Source: a virus (lineage: Duplodnaviria > Caudoviricetes). Taken from it: a stretch of 64,000 nucleotides of DNA. The stretch spans positions 1 through 64,000 of IMG/VR virus record IMGVR_UViG_2600254917_000001; one strand, given 5' to 3'. Numbering within the stretch: the stretch's first letter is position 1; the number at the start of each line of letters is the position of its first letter. Shown here piece after piece: positions 1 through 10,346 of this stretch. The translations under genes were made by a program, and so were the position numbers. Under the pieces are notes generated by a model. That model searched no databases and had not been told where the DNA came from. It worked only from the letters and a program-made list of their open reading frames with translations.

Positions 1-1
1 C

Positions 2-1744
2 ATCCAACCAGTTGTCGGAGCTATAGCAGCACACTCGTTTACTGGAGGCGCAGGAGGAAGGCCTGAGGGTGCTGCAGCCGGTCATTTCATTCCAGTGAGC
101 ATAAGCAACGCGGCCACACCTGAACGTTCAGATATAAGTAAAGACAATGTGGAGAATGACACATCAATAATTGCAGCTTATCGCATGCGTGCCTTTGGTG
201 AATATGCCGACGATGAAACTGCATCAACCATCAAAGCGCGTGACAATAAAGATGCAACTGACCTCGCAGTAATATCTATACACGGAACCCAAGACCCTGA
301 CGTGAAAATTGGTCTTGCTCATACGCTAGGGCGTAATCATGGGCAAGAAAATGCCTGCATTTCTTTTAGCTATAAAGACCACGGTGCCGATGCAACAGTT
401 GATATGGCACCAACGTTACGCGCAGGAAATCACAACTTCAGTCATGCGAATAGCGGTCAACCTCCTGCTATAGCTTATGCTTTCAAGGCCGGTCAGGGGG
501 CCAGGGCTGGTGGAATCGGTTTCGCAGAGGAGCAATCACCAACATTGACCTCTACTCAAAGTGGAACAAATCTGGCTCCAACAATTATGCAAAGCACAGC
601 GGTTCGCCGCCTCACTCCACGAGAGTGCGAGCGCTTGCAGGGCTTTCCCGACGATCACACGCTCATTCCATACGGTCGAGCCATCCGCCCAGAAAAAATG
701 GACCGCGATTACGCGAAATACCTCATGCGCGGCGGTAAGCTGACGTTTGAAGAGTGCTGCCAGCTGGCTGCTGATGGACCGCGCTATAAGGCCATTGGTA
801 ACAGCATGGCCGTACCCGTAATGCGTTGGATTGGTAAGCGTATTCATGATGCGATTGCCTCTTCAGGTACAGCACGGTCACCATCGCTTCAGCAACCGGT
901 TAGCGGACCTGTTCGCGTGCCTAAAAGCGATGAGGAACTATCACGGCCGTTCCTGAAGTGGCCCGGGGGAAAATTCAGCGCCTTCCGAACGATTGAACGC
1001 TATTTCCCATCGACCGGTCGGCTGATCGAGCCGTTTGCCGGTGCTGGCTCTATCTTCCTTAATGCTGGGTTCGCGTCGAACCTCATCGCTGACCGAAACT
1101 CAGACTTGATTAACACTTACCAGGCGCTCAAAGAGCATGCGCACGCGTTGATAACGCTCACGCAGCGATTCTTCAATGATTACGGTACTGAGGAGGGGTA
1201 TCGGATGGTCAAAAAGAACTTCAACATGATGCATTACACGCGACTGGAGCGCGCTGCAGCATTCATCTTTATCAACAAGCACTGCTTTAACGGGCTGGTA
1301 CGGTACAACTTAAAAGGTGAGTTTAATGTCGGCTGGGGCTCCCCCAAAAAGGCGTACTTCCCGTTCGCGGAAATGGAGCATTTTCTCTCTATAGCAGATA
1401 GCTGCACTTTCCAATGCGGTAGCTTCGAAACCACGATCTCCCAGGCAGGCGCCGGTGACGTAATATTTTGTGACCCTCCGTATGAGCCTCTGCCGGGCAA
1501 AGACGGGTTTACGCATTACTCCGGAGGTTCATTCAGCTTCGATAAACAGGAGTTGTTGGTGGGGCATCTAAAAGCTGCCCACCAGCGCGGGGCAACGGCG
1601 ATCATCACAAATAGTGGTGCACCCATTATATACGAGCTCTATCGCGATAATGGCTTTACGGTGAATGAGTTCGACAACCAGCGAAAAATATCATGTAAAG
1701 GAAACACTCGTAAGAGAGCCAACGATATTATAGCGGTGCTATAA
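2..1744 (+). CDS. dmt: Bifunctional DNA methyltransferase: C-terminal part of a C5-cytosine MTase fused to a Dam-like N6-adenine MTase; 5' end lies outside the window
   Basis: Frame open from nt 2. C5-MTase motifs IX/X (RRLTPRECERLQGFPD, RYKAIGNSMAVPVM) are followed by Dam motifs FLKWPGGK, EPFAGAGS and DPPY; same architecture as P1 Dmt. Confidence 0.9.
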   Translation: MQPVVGAIAAHSFTGGAGGRPEGAAAGHFIPVSISNAATPERSDISKDNVENDTSIIAAYRMRAFGEYADDETASTIKARDNKDATDLAVISIHGTQDPDVKIGLAHTLGRNHGQENACISFSYKDHGADATVDMAPTLRAGNHNFSHANSGQPPAIAYAFKAGQGARAGGIGFAEEQSPTLTSTQSGTNLAPTIMQSTAVRRLTPRECERLQGFPDDHTLIPYGRAIRPEKMDRDYAKYLMRGGKLTFEECCQLAADGPRYKAIGNSMAVPVMRWIGKRIHDAIASSGTARSPSLQQPVSGPVRVPKSDEELSRPFLKWPGGKFSAFRTIERYFPSTGRLIEPFAGAGSIFLNAGFASNLIADRNSDLINTYQALKEHAHALITLTQRFFNDYGTEEGYRMVKKNFNMMHYTRLERAAAFIFINKHCFNGLVRYNLKGEFNVGWGSPKKAYFPFAEMEHFLSIADSCTFQCGSFETTISQAGAGDVIFCDPPYEPLPGKDGFTHYSGGSFSFDKQELLVGHLKAAHQRGATAIITNSGAPIIYELYRDNGFTVNEFDNQRKISCKGNTRKRANDIIAVL

Positions 1745-1996
1745 CACGCTCAAAAATTGATAAAAAGATCATTGAGAATTATATCCTCTCTTAATTATAT
1801 TCATAAAACCGATTGATTACCAATAATCGTTCGGTTTTTATGATAGTTAAATCATTTTTAAGACCTTCATCACATTCTAAGACAATTCTAACGAGCATAT
1901 TATTAACCGAAGGCAATTTTTTTAACATAACGGCTCTGAGTGGGTTTATAGATAGCCATGCCTTCACTCTATCTAATCGTATATAAGGATATATTT

Positions 1997-2803
1997 ATGA
2001 ACATCGTAGAAAAAAACGTTAACAGTATAAATTCAATGCATGATGGCGGTGTTTTACCTCTCTCTGCTTATAAATTCCAATCACATGAATTAGCCCAAAA
2101 GCAAGCTCAGATGATTTTCGCCAACGACCGTGGTGATATCGAAAAAGAGGCCCAATTTCGTATGAACCAGACGGGCAATATTTTCTATGTTACAACCTCA
2201 CCAGAAATCACTGAGAAAACTAAAAAATTATTTGATAGCGTATCGGTTTTATTCGCTGCTATGACCGCAGGCTTGAACGAATGTAATAAATCACTCTTTG
2301 ATTACGATGCATGGCGCTCCATCATTGGAAAATCAGGTTTCTTTGTAGAAGTTCAGAAAACAAGAAACATGATGACGATTAAGAATAGCGGCGTTACTGT
2401 TAATACGCAGATCGTTCAGCAGTTACTGCCCGGTCTGACATCCGGAAGTGCCATGGACATTGCCAAGGGTGTTCTCAGTGCAGTGAATGGTGAATTCCAG
2501 GCATCCGAGCGTTCTGAAGACGCAAAACTCGGGCACATCCTTTTCATCTGTGAGGAGCTCTTTGGTGCGCCGAGCGTTACAGTACGCTTGTTCTTTGCAT
2601 CTAAAAAGTCGCACAGCTCAGTAACCCAGTCTCCGTGCCATAAGTCTGTATCTACAACATTCGAGCAGTTGCAAGAAGCCAATACCTTCCTGTTCGTATC
2701 GCCTGAAAGCATCGCTGAATATGCGAAGCGATTCACTGAGCAGCCAGAAGAGTATTTAAACCTGATTGAGCGCTTCAAAAAAATGATCACACCTCAGGAA
2801 TAA
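1997..2803 (+). CDS. Hypothetical cargo protein, possibly Cyt/Evf-like cytolysin fold
   Basis: AT-richer ORF, AAGGA RBS, flanked by hairpins; fold is a weak pattern inference. Confidence 0.7.
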   Translation: MNIVEKNVNSINSMHDGGVLPLSAYKFQSHELAQKQAQMIFANDRGDIEKEAQFRMNQTGNIFYVTTSPEITEKTKKLFDSVSVLFAAMTAGLNECNKSLFDYDAWRSIIGKSGFFVEVQKTRNMMTIKNSGVTVNTQIVQQLLPGLTSGSAMDIAKGVLSAVNGEFQASERSEDAKLGHILFICEELFGAPSVTVRLFFASKKSHSSVTQSPCHKSVSTTFEQLQEANTFLFVSPESIAEYAKRFTEQPEEYLNLIERFKKMITPQE

Positions 2804-2907
2804 ATAAAAACCGGTAATCCCAAGGCTACAAATACGTAGCCTTTACCAATAAAGATGCAAAGACCAAGTTTCATTAAACAGAACGCACTTAGCGCAAGGG
2901 ATATTAT

Positions 2908-3306
2908 ATGAATGGATTACGAGGTTATTTGAAAATTTCCACGGTTGCAGTAATTCTTTTCTCTATGCAGTCACACGCCAAAGTATATGTTTGTGAGAGA
3001 TATTCACAAACTTTTGAAGAAATCTCTGCCGAACAGTTAAAGCTCAAACCACATGATAAAAATGAAACAACAGTCGAAGCGGCATTAAACAATTCGAATG
3101 ACAACGGAATTGATAACGCCGTGAAAGATATAAATGGGTGGGATATTTGCATTGATCCCAGATTCTGGCACCGTGGCGGAAAAGGCCCCGAAAGCTACGA
3201 TCACCTGACAGTATTTGCTTACAAAAATGATGAGTATAAAACTTCTTGCCATATTTTTTCATTTAAAATCCCTGAGAAGGATAAATATAGTACATCTTGC
3301 ACATAG
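2908..3306 (+). CDS. Secreted/periplasmic hypothetical protein (signal peptide, 4 Cys)
   Basis: Basic N-terminus, hydrophobic core, SHA-K cleavage-like site; low GC. Confidence 0.7.
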   Translation: MNGLRGYLKISTVAVILFSMQSHAKVYVCERYSQTFEEISAEQLKLKPHDKNETTVEAALNNSNDNGIDNAVKDINGWDICIDPRFWHRGGKGPESYDHLTVFAYKNDEYKTSCHIFSFKIPEKDKYSTSCT

Positions 3307-3379
3307 TTCTATAACTCCCTCCTTGATTAAAAATCAATAAAATATAGACTATCCTTGTGAACTTGGATTGCTAGGGATA

Positions 3380-3491
3380 ACGCAAAGTAGAGCGCTAGCT
3401 ACGTTTTACTTCGAAGGGCCGCTAACCCTTCCAGCGTACCGAATTACCTGCTTATGCAGGCGTTGAAAGCCACCTTTGGGTGGCTTTTTTC
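3380..3491 (+). ncRNA. Candidate structured small RNA ending in an intrinsic terminator
   Basis: Three consecutive hairpins, then AAAGCCACC-TTTG-GGTGGCTTTTTT. Confidence 0.35.
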
Positions 3492-3514
3492 GTTTCTGGC
3501 GTCCAGCTCTTTGA

Positions 3515-3535
3515 CCGGTGGAGTCCTGTTAGCCT
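3515..3535 (+). promoter_or_regulatory. Putative late promoter
   Basis: CCGGTGGA-N7-TAGCCT upstream of the PAAR gene. Confidence 0.6.
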
Positions 3536-3564
3536 CTCCTCTTTAATCACCGGATCTCATCACT

Positions 3565-3849
3565 ATGCCCATCATCGCTATTCAAGGCGCAATCTGTTCT
3601 GGCCATGAAGGATTCCCGCCCCGCCCTGCCGTCGCTGGAGAGCCGTTCTTTACCGTTAACGGCGTACCCGCGCTGGTGGACGGCATGCCATTTGACAAGC
3701 ACAGCGACGAAAACAGCACGCATGACGGCGTCGCGATCTCTTCCCGTCCCTGGTTCACCATAAACCTCATGGGGGTTGTATGCGTGGGCGATCCGGTCTC
3801 CTGCGGTTCTGTTGTCGCATCCGGCGATCCGCTTATCTTCATTATCTGA
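3565..3849 (+). CDS. upfC: PAAR-domain tail spike tip protein (P1 UpfC-like)
   Basis: CSGH..FPP, VNGVPA..G, CVGDPVSCGS PAAR-type repeats. Confidence 0.85.
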   Translation: MPIIAIQGAICSGHEGFPPRPAVAGEPFFTVNGVPALVDGMPFDKHSDENSTHDGVAISSRPWFTINLMGVVCVGDPVSCGSVVASGDPLIFII

Positions 3850-3856
3850 GGCCTTC

Positions 3857-4645
3857 ATGCTTGAACAACCGTACCAGATTGACGCCTTCAACGCGCTGCG
3901 CGCAGCTGGCGGGCTTACCCCGCCCGAATCCGCAACGCTATACCGGACTGCAGTAACACGCATTAATCAGCTCATCTCTGAGCTGAGCGCGCTATTACCC
4001 GAAGCGATCACCTACCCGTCCAGCCTGGCTGAGGTTATTTCGAGGCTCGACGGTATCACCGAAGATCTGACCGATGCTTCAACTCTTTTTGAGTCTGTGA
4101 TTACGCTGATCGAGAGCAATGCCGACACATCCGCGCTCTTAAGACTGCAAATAGGCTGGGAAATTTACTGCCGATTGAATAGCGAACCGGGGAAGCAACC
4201 TCCAGCAATTATCGAACTCATTGCCGATGTCGCGACACCTCAAGCTGTAGACTCGCTCGTTAACAGCCTCTCAACTTCGGATCTGAAAGCCGCCTTCACC
4301 ATCCTCAATAACATCCTGATCGCGGTTGGAACCGCAAGCCCGGCCACTCCCGGGGTGCCGGTCGTTATCCCGGAGGATTTACTGGACGATGTTTCGGATG
4401 CCGTTGATGCCTTTGCAGATGATATTGCCCCTCTCCTCTCCCTGCTGCAGGTCGTAAGCACAGATAAACAAAACGCTGAAGCAAGTGTTGCGCTTGCGAT
4501 GAGCTATTACAAAGACGCCATCACTATCAGCCTGCTGGACTCACTATCGCGCGGAGAGTTCGTGGCACCGGCCGTGGCTTGTATTGCTCCTCAGTCTGTC
4601 ATCGACGCCCTGGCAATCGGTCAGCTCTACGTCCGCACGCCTTAA
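3857..4645 (+). CDS. upfB: P1 UpfB-like protein
   Basis: MLEQPYQ..AAGGL and LQIGWEIYCR resemble P1 UpfB; adjacent to PAAR gene. Confidence 0.7.
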   Translation: MLEQPYQIDAFNALRAAGGLTPPESATLYRTAVTRINQLISELSALLPEAITYPSSLAEVISRLDGITEDLTDASTLFESVITLIESNADTSALLRLQIGWEIYCRLNSEPGKQPPAIIELIADVATPQAVDSLVNSLSTSDLKAAFTILNNILIAVGTASPATPGVPVVIPEDLLDDVSDAVDAFADDIAPLLSLLQVVSTDKQNAEASVALAMSYYKDAITISLLDSLSRGEFVAPAVACIAPQSVIDALAIGQLYVRTP

Positions 4646-4651
4646 CGCAGA

Positions 4652-4672
4652 GCGGTGCACTTTTCTTATTCT
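4652..4672 (+). promoter_or_regulatory. Putative late promoter
   Basis: GCGGTGCA-N7-TATTCT upstream of capsid gene. Confidence 0.7.
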
Positions 4673-4728
4673 GCTCAAATTAAGTGCGTTTAGCTGATAA
4701 CGCGATATTGAAAAAAGAGGTTATAGGC

Positions 4729-6552
4729 ATGTCAGATATCAAACCATACATGGATCAAGTCGCGGATATTCGCTTACGCGCTGGCCGTGTACTCGCCTTT
4801 GCGAGTATTCCGCAGTTTAAAGACGGCTCTTTCATTAAAGACCGTAAAGCCTGGGCTCGCTCAGTCGGTGATGCTACCTACCAGGATCCATTATTCGAAT
4901 CTTATGGGCCGGTAGTTTCAACGATTGTCGGAACGGCTTGGGCAAGTGCGCTGGCCGAGTACACAAATGAACGCGGCGAAATGCCACGTGACGAAATTCT
5001 TGCGGCCGCGCATAAAGCGACTGAAAACCTGCTGCTGGAGGGCGCGAATAAATTCCAGAACCCAAGCGTTCGTTTTCTTCTGGAAAGCGCACAGAAAGAC
5101 TTTAACGAGAACAACCTTCTGCTGGAATCTGCTGACTCAATGCCAGATCTGAGCACCTCGCAGGGCGTTATGCAGCTCGCAACTTTCGTTGCCATGATTC
5201 TGCCGGTGGCGCTCGGCGCGCAAACCAGTGACGCCTGTACTTTCGTGCCATGTGAAAAAGACCAGAATAAGATCTTCGAGATTCTGAATATCGCCGGTAA
5301 CAGCTTCGGGGATCTGAAGGCGGGCCAGGAAATCGACATGACCACTGCTGGGTATTACTCCCAGATGGGCCGTGTCCGCCTTTTCCCTGCTGATCAACAG
5401 CCGAAAGGTACAAAGCAGAAGCTGACCTTTAAAGTGGCTGACGTTGAAGGGGTTGCTGCGCCGATTCGTCCGAAGCGTACTGTTCTGTACATCAACCGTA
5501 AGCCGACAGATCCGGATACCGGTAATAATACCCTTCATCACAGCTTTGTTTACCTGGATCCTGAAACCCAGGAAGAAACGTCAGTCACCCTGACCTGCGC
5601 GATTAACTACGACACTGGCGAAATTGCCGTGACGCCGTCTAACCCGTTCCCGGAAGGTTATGAACTGGGTGTTGGTTACGAGCTCGACGTAGAGAAAAAA
5701 CCTGATCTCATTCCGACGATTAACCACAAAATGAAGGATTACCTCGTTTACCCTTCATTCTACTATCTTGCTGCTGAGCACACGCTTCAGGCCGAGCTTG
5801 AAATGCGTCGCGAGTTCAATTTCGAGCTCAATCCGCTTTCATATCGCAGCCTGCGCGACTTCATTTCGCATGAAATCGATATGATGCGCCTGAGCATCAT
5901 GATCTGGCGCTGCGTTCATAGCTCAACTTATGACGTTGCCCTACCGGATAGCCAGCTGTTCGAGTCCTGGGCAGGCCTGCTGCGTAACAAGTTCAACCAG
6001 ATGTCTGCTGACATGATCAACCGCACCCGTACAACCGGTGTAACGGGCATGTTTGCCGGTTCTGAAGCCTCAAACTTCATTAAAGCGCTGCCGCCGACTC
6101 TGTTCCAGCCAGCTCCTAACTACCGCCAGACGCCGTACGTCCATTTCGCGGGCACACTGTTCGGCGTTTATAAGGTCTTTGAAGTACCGCAGCCAATCTG
6201 CGTCTCTCTGACTAAGAGCCTGGAGAAGCAAGGGGCTAAGTTCAATACCAACAGCATTCTCTGCTATGGCCGTGGTGATGGCATTGCACAGGCTGGTTTC
6301 ATTGCAGGTGATGCCATTCCGTTAATCCCACTTATTCACGACACCACTCCATCGCTGCGCAACCGCACAACCATGTTTGGTAGCGCGCTGAACACAATTC
6401 ACCCGCGTCGTGGCGAAGACTACTTCGAAATGCTGGAGCTGACCTTCGATAAGAAAGTCGGAGCCATCGACACCCGTACCGGGCTCATTGTTCAGGACCA
6501 AACTCCTGCTGAACCAGCCCCCGTTGAACCGGTTGAAGATACAACTGCATAA
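4729..6552 (+). CDS. Major capsid protein (P1 gp23-like)
   Basis: P1-like MCP motifs (ILPVALGAQTSDACTFVP, GFIAGDAIP), LLE processing-type motifs, synteny 23-22-21. Confidence 0.85.
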   Translation: MSDIKPYMDQVADIRLRAGRVLAFASIPQFKDGSFIKDRKAWARSVGDATYQDPLFESYGPVVSTIVGTAWASALAEYTNERGEMPRDEILAAAHKATENLLLEGANKFQNPSVRFLLESAQKDFNENNLLLESADSMPDLSTSQGVMQLATFVAMILPVALGAQTSDACTFVPCEKDQNKIFEILNIAGNSFGDLKAGQEIDMTTAGYYSQMGRVRLFPADQQPKGTKQKLTFKVADVEGVAAPIRPKRTVLYINRKPTDPDTGNNTLHHSFVYLDPETQEETSVTLTCAINYDTGEIAVTPSNPFPEGYELGVGYELDVEKKPDLIPTINHKMKDYLVYPSFYYLAAEHTLQAELEMRREFNFELNPLSYRSLRDFISHEIDMMRLSIMIWRCVHSSTYDVALPDSQLFESWAGLLRNKFNQMSADMINRTRTTGVTGMFAGSEASNFIKALPPTLFQPAPNYRQTPYVHFAGTLFGVYKVFEVPQPICVSLTKSLEKQGAKFNTNSILCYGRGDGIAQAGFIAGDAIPLIPLIHDTTPSLRNRTTMFGSALNTIHPRRGEDYFEMLELTFDKKVGAIDTRTGLIVQDQTPAEPAPVEPVEDTTA

Positions 6553-6597
6553 ATAACGATGCCCTGGCTCCCAGAAGCCAGGGCAAGGAGTCATAGC

Positions 6598-8433
6598 ATG
6601 GAAATCCCGTTCAGTCAGTCGAACGTGAGCGCAGTATCAATTGCTCGCGTTAACGCTGAAAACACAACAATACTCAACTCAGGCGGCAACAGCTCTGTAT
6701 TTGCCGGTATTGTCGTCTGCGAAAAAGGTAATCCCTTCGAAATCCTGAAGATCAACAGCAACAACCTGTATTCAACACTGGGGACCCCGCTGCATCCAAC
6801 TGCTGGTATTTGCGCCGAGCCTATGCGCCATCTTGAAGAAGCTGTGACAGGTGGTGAGGGCTACGTCGTTCGCGTCACGCCGGATAACGCGAAATTTCCG
6901 TTCATTCGTTGGATTGGGCCGAGCGCAGTACAGGGTACCGCGCGGGCGGATGCTCCAGAGGGAGATGCTGCAGCACCGGTAAATGAAGTTACGGTAGCAG
7001 AGACTAATGTCGAGCCGACAGCAGATGAAATCATCTCCGCCCCCAAATCAAAAGTTAAAGGTGGAGTAAAAGCCTCCGCAACAGGCACTGACAGCTCCTC
7101 TACTGATGAAAACGCAAAACAGGCTTTACTCAGGTCCGATAAATTGAAGGCGAATCCCGCTATCCCTTTCAATATTGCTTCAGGGGCTATGCCTTTTGGG
7201 ACTGACCCAAGCACGGAATTCAAATCGTCCGACGTTGTTATGCTTTATGTAATTGATGGCAATCCATCAACCAACAGAAGCGTACGTTTCACGGAAGATC
7301 CCACTAACAATAAACGTCTCATCCTTACGCTGACAGAACAGAGCTCGTTGGGAGTTGTTACGACGTTAGACACCTATACGGTTTCGCTTTATACGGACGT
7401 TACAGACGATTATGGCGCGCCCGCGTGGATTGAAACCCAGTTGGAGAACAAATCCAAGTACTTGCGCGCGATCGCGGTAGCCAACCCAACCGGCGCTACC
7501 AAAGATGCGACTCAACGCCTCGCAGCTGATTTAAGCGCTAAAGACTTCATCGGCGGAACGTCTGGAGATATGAACAATATCTCAGCGGATAGCTATGAAA
7601 AGGCATTAACGGTCCTTCGCAATGCACCGGTGTTCTTCTCAGCGGTCCTTGGGCTGGGCTGCTATGACCGCTCAGTTCTGAACGGCTTGAGTGAAATCGC
7701 GCGCAATCGCCGTATCGATGCATTCTTCGATATCGATCCGCGTATTTCATACGCCGACGCACTGAATAAAAGCGATGAGTATGGCTTTAATGACCATGAG
7801 CACATCGCGTTCTATCACTTCCCGTACACGTACCGCGATAAGACGAGCCGAGCGACGACCGTAGCTGGACTGTCTGGCACGGCTTTTCGCGCGAAAGCGT
7901 TGGGGGTTCAGAAAGTACCAAGCATAGGTGGCTGGCACTACTCACCAGCTGGCGAAGAGCGTGGCGTTATCAGTCGTGACAGTCTGAAATGCGCCAGCTG
8001 GGCGGGTGAACCTGATTACGATCAGATGTACACCAAGCGCATCAACAAAGTCGCCAGCTCGCGCACCGGCGTGATGACGATCGACGACTCACTGACTGCG
8101 TATCGTCGTGAAAATAGTCTGCGCCTGCAGCACGTCAACTCTACGATGAACGCCATCGCACGTGACCTATACAACCTCTGGGGCACGATCAAGCACCAGC
8201 CTGACAACGAGGTGGAGGATTGCCTTACGCGTGACACCCCGCGTGTATTTGACAGCTACGTGGCTTGCGGCGCGCTGGTATCACCTACCCAGGACACAGG
8301 AAGCGGCACAGAGCCATACGTCATTTCGTACAAGCAAGTCGAAGATGACCTCTGGGAAGTTGAGTATTCATGCTGTGTCACAGGTACTGCCCGCCGCATT
8401 GCTGGTGTCCCAATTCTGATGAGAAAAGGATAA
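6598..8433 (+). CDS. Contractile tail sheath protein (P1 gp22-like)
   Basis: Sheath C-terminal motifs GWHYSPAGEERG, RINKV, LRLQHVNS; synteny. Confidence 0.85.
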   Translation: MEIPFSQSNVSAVSIARVNAENTTILNSGGNSSVFAGIVVCEKGNPFEILKINSNNLYSTLGTPLHPTAGICAEPMRHLEEAVTGGEGYVVRVTPDNAKFPFIRWIGPSAVQGTARADAPEGDAAAPVNEVTVAETNVEPTADEIISAPKSKVKGGVKASATGTDSSSTDENAKQALLRSDKLKANPAIPFNIASGAMPFGTDPSTEFKSSDVVMLYVIDGNPSTNRSVRFTEDPTNNKRLILTLTEQSSLGVVTTLDTYTVSLYTDVTDDYGAPAWIETQLENKSKYLRAIAVANPTGATKDATQRLAADLSAKDFIGGTSGDMNNISADSYEKALTVLRNAPVFFSAVLGLGCYDRSVLNGLSEIARNRRIDAFFDIDPRISYADALNKSDEYGFNDHEHIAFYHFPYTYRDKTSRATTVAGLSGTAFRAKALGVQKVPSIGGWHYSPAGEERGVISRDSLKCASWAGEPDYDQMYTKRINKVASSRTGVMTIDDSLTAYRRENSLRLQHVNSTMNAIARDLYNLWGTIKHQPDNEVEDCLTRDTPRVFDSYVACGALVSPTQDTGSGTEPYVISYKQVEDDLWEVEYSCCVTGTARRIAGVPILMRKG

Positions 8434-8436
8434 GTC

Positions 8437-9213
8437 ATGAATAAGTTTGAAAGCGGCGCATTCCAGCAGCGCGTTAATTTGCTGGTGGAGAGCGTACGGC
8501 CCAAAGATGAACGCCAATCGCACGTTAAACCGGCTCCTATTGTCAATGTGCTAAAAACCCAGGAGGAAGCAGACGCAGCTTTTTCCGGTCTTCTGTTTGA
8601 AGCAGTAGCCAAAAAATCCAACCAAGATGAGCGTGGCGCAGCAGCTGCTGCAGTGATCGAATGGGCTCAGTCCGGCGATGCAAGCTGGGATGCATTTGAA
8701 TCGCTTGCATTTGGCCTGGCCCTCGAAAATCTGGGTATGGAACCAGACGATATCGAAGACGATAGCGACATCACGGATGAAGTGATCGACGAATTTAACA
8801 GCGCCCTAGCAACGATGGCCGACGCCGCTGTCACATTCGGCGCCGACAGTGGCAACGTCGCCACCATGATCGACGAAGAAGATGACGACGCGGCCACGGA
8901 AGTGATGAACGCGCTCGGCGATATTGATGACGATGAAGCTGAAGAGCTAATCGCCACGTTTACAGTAGGAGAAGACCTCTATGAGTCTATCAAGCAAACA
9001 GAAACAGACGATTCTCAAATGCTTCTTGAAGCTACTAAAAAAGTGGTTCGCAACGGAAAAGTCAAACTGATCAAGAAGCGCCCGCGCCCGAAGAAGCTGA
9101 ACAGTGCGCAGCGCTCTGCCCTCAAAAAGGCGCGGCGCAAATCGAATACCAGCGCTGCGAAGATGAAGCGTAAAAAATCAATGAAGATTCGTAAGAAGCG
9201 TTTCGGCAAATAA
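8437..9213 (+). CDS. P1 gp21-like virion protein (acidic core, Lys/Arg-rich tail)
   Basis: MLLEATKKVVRNGKVKLIKKR motif; synteny. Confidence 0.75.
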   Translation: MNKFESGAFQQRVNLLVESVRPKDERQSHVKPAPIVNVLKTQEEADAAFSGLLFEAVAKKSNQDERGAAAAAVIEWAQSGDASWDAFESLAFGLALENLGMEPDDIEDDSDITDEVIDEFNSALATMADAAVTFGADSGNVATMIDEEDDDAATEVMNALGDIDDDEAEELIATFTVGEDLYESIKQTETDDSQMLLEATKKVVRNGKVKLIKKRPRPKKLNSAQRSALKKARRKSNTSAAKMKRKKSMKIRKKRFGK

Positions 9214-9221
9214 CAGGGAAC

Positions 9222-9243
9222 GGCCACCGGGTAGCCGGTGGCT
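9222..9243 (+). terminator. Hairpin after gp21
   Basis: GCCACCGG-gtag-CCGGTGGC. Confidence 0.4.
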
Positions 9244-9257
9244 AAAGGGTAAAGGCG

Positions 9258-9833
9258 ATGGCGCAGTTTGGTGCAGTTTTCCCCGATGGCATAAGCGATT
9301 ATCTGAAGCTCTATATCACGTCAGAAGATCTCTGTGTCGTTGGCTATATAGGCGAAGGTGCGTCAGCGCAGTTGTCGGCAAACTGGACATCAGCGTATGA
9401 AGGCGACTCAGTAGGTTCAGTGGCAGGGGAAACGCTGGCGAACATAACGCAGTCACTGTCGAATAACACGAGCATTACACGTCTGAACTCGCTGGTGGTC
9501 TGGCAGGGCTCTCAGCCTTTCGAATTTACCCTTCCCATCTACTTGCATGCGCGATACGACGCGAACATTGAAGTTAATGCCGCCATCGCAGCGCTTTGCG
9601 CGATGCAGGCACCGGAGCTAAATGACATCACGCCAGCAGGCCGACGGCCGTATCCATGTGTATTGGACATTGGCAGGCGCTTCAAGATCGTGGATGTCGT
9701 CATTCGGGATGTCCAGTTCGAACTGGACGCCCCGCGTACGGCCGAAGGGTTCTATACGCATAACAACGTCAGTCTCCAGTGCAGCGCGATGGCTGTCACT
9801 AACCGTTCCGAAATGAAAAATCTGTTTTTATAA
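9258..9833 (+). CDS. pmgG: Tail/baseplate protein PmgG-like
   Basis: GYIGEGASAQLSANW similarity to P1 PmgG; synteny. Confidence 0.7.
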   Translation: MAQFGAVFPDGISDYLKLYITSEDLCVVGYIGEGASAQLSANWTSAYEGDSVGSVAGETLANITQSLSNNTSITRLNSLVVWQGSQPFEFTLPIYLHARYDANIEVNAAIAALCAMQAPELNDITPAGRRPYPCVLDIGRRFKIVDVVIRDVQFELDAPRTAEGFYTHNNVSLQCSAMAVTNRSEMKNLFL

Positions 9834-9842
9834 GAGGTCACG

Positions 9843-10346
9843 ATGAGTACGTCAGGACATTTTAACTCACGGGGAAACGTCGGTTTTCTGCGTGAAAAGT
9901 ACGACCGTAACCGCCTGGCTGGGGAAAAGCTGATCGGCGCGGAATTTGAAATGAACATTGAAGGCTACCAAAACCTTGGAGTGCTGGTGCGCAGTACCCA
10001 GATGCCCGAAATGGCGCGTCAGGACGTTGAAGACGTCGGGCCGATGGGCTTGCTCTTCAACCAGCACGGTTCACTGAAAAACAGTGGTGAAATTCAGGTG
10101 CAGTGCGTTGAGACCATCACCGGCGCTGTGTCGGCGATGGTCATTGCGCTTGTAAAGACCAAAAATTACGTGAATATCACCATTAAGGCTTCGCCAGAGT
10201 CATTGGCAGGGGCCGCGCCAGCGTCTCTCGTCCGCCGTATGAGCGACTGCAAGATCTACTGCGATCAGGTCGATATGAGCACTGAAGACAACGCCGCGCT
10301 GGTTCGCCCGTCACTGCGTATCGTCTACAACTGGGTTGATTTATGA
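9843..10346 (+). CDS. bplB: Tail tube protein BplB-like
   Basis: FNQHG..KNSGEIQVQCVETI and VRPSLRIVYNW match P1 BplB. Confidence 0.85.
   Translation: MSTSGHFNSRGNVGFLREKYDRNRLAGEKLIGAEFEMNIEGYQNLGVLVRSTQMPEMARQDVEDVGPMGLLFNQHGSLKNSGEIQVQCVETITGAVSAMVIALVKTKNYVNITIKASPESLAGAAPASLVRRMSDCKIYCDQVDMSTEDNAALVRPSLRIVYNWVDL

Noticed and set aside
1920-1947. XerD-like arm TTTAACATAA
   Set aside because: No XerC arm at the correct spacing.
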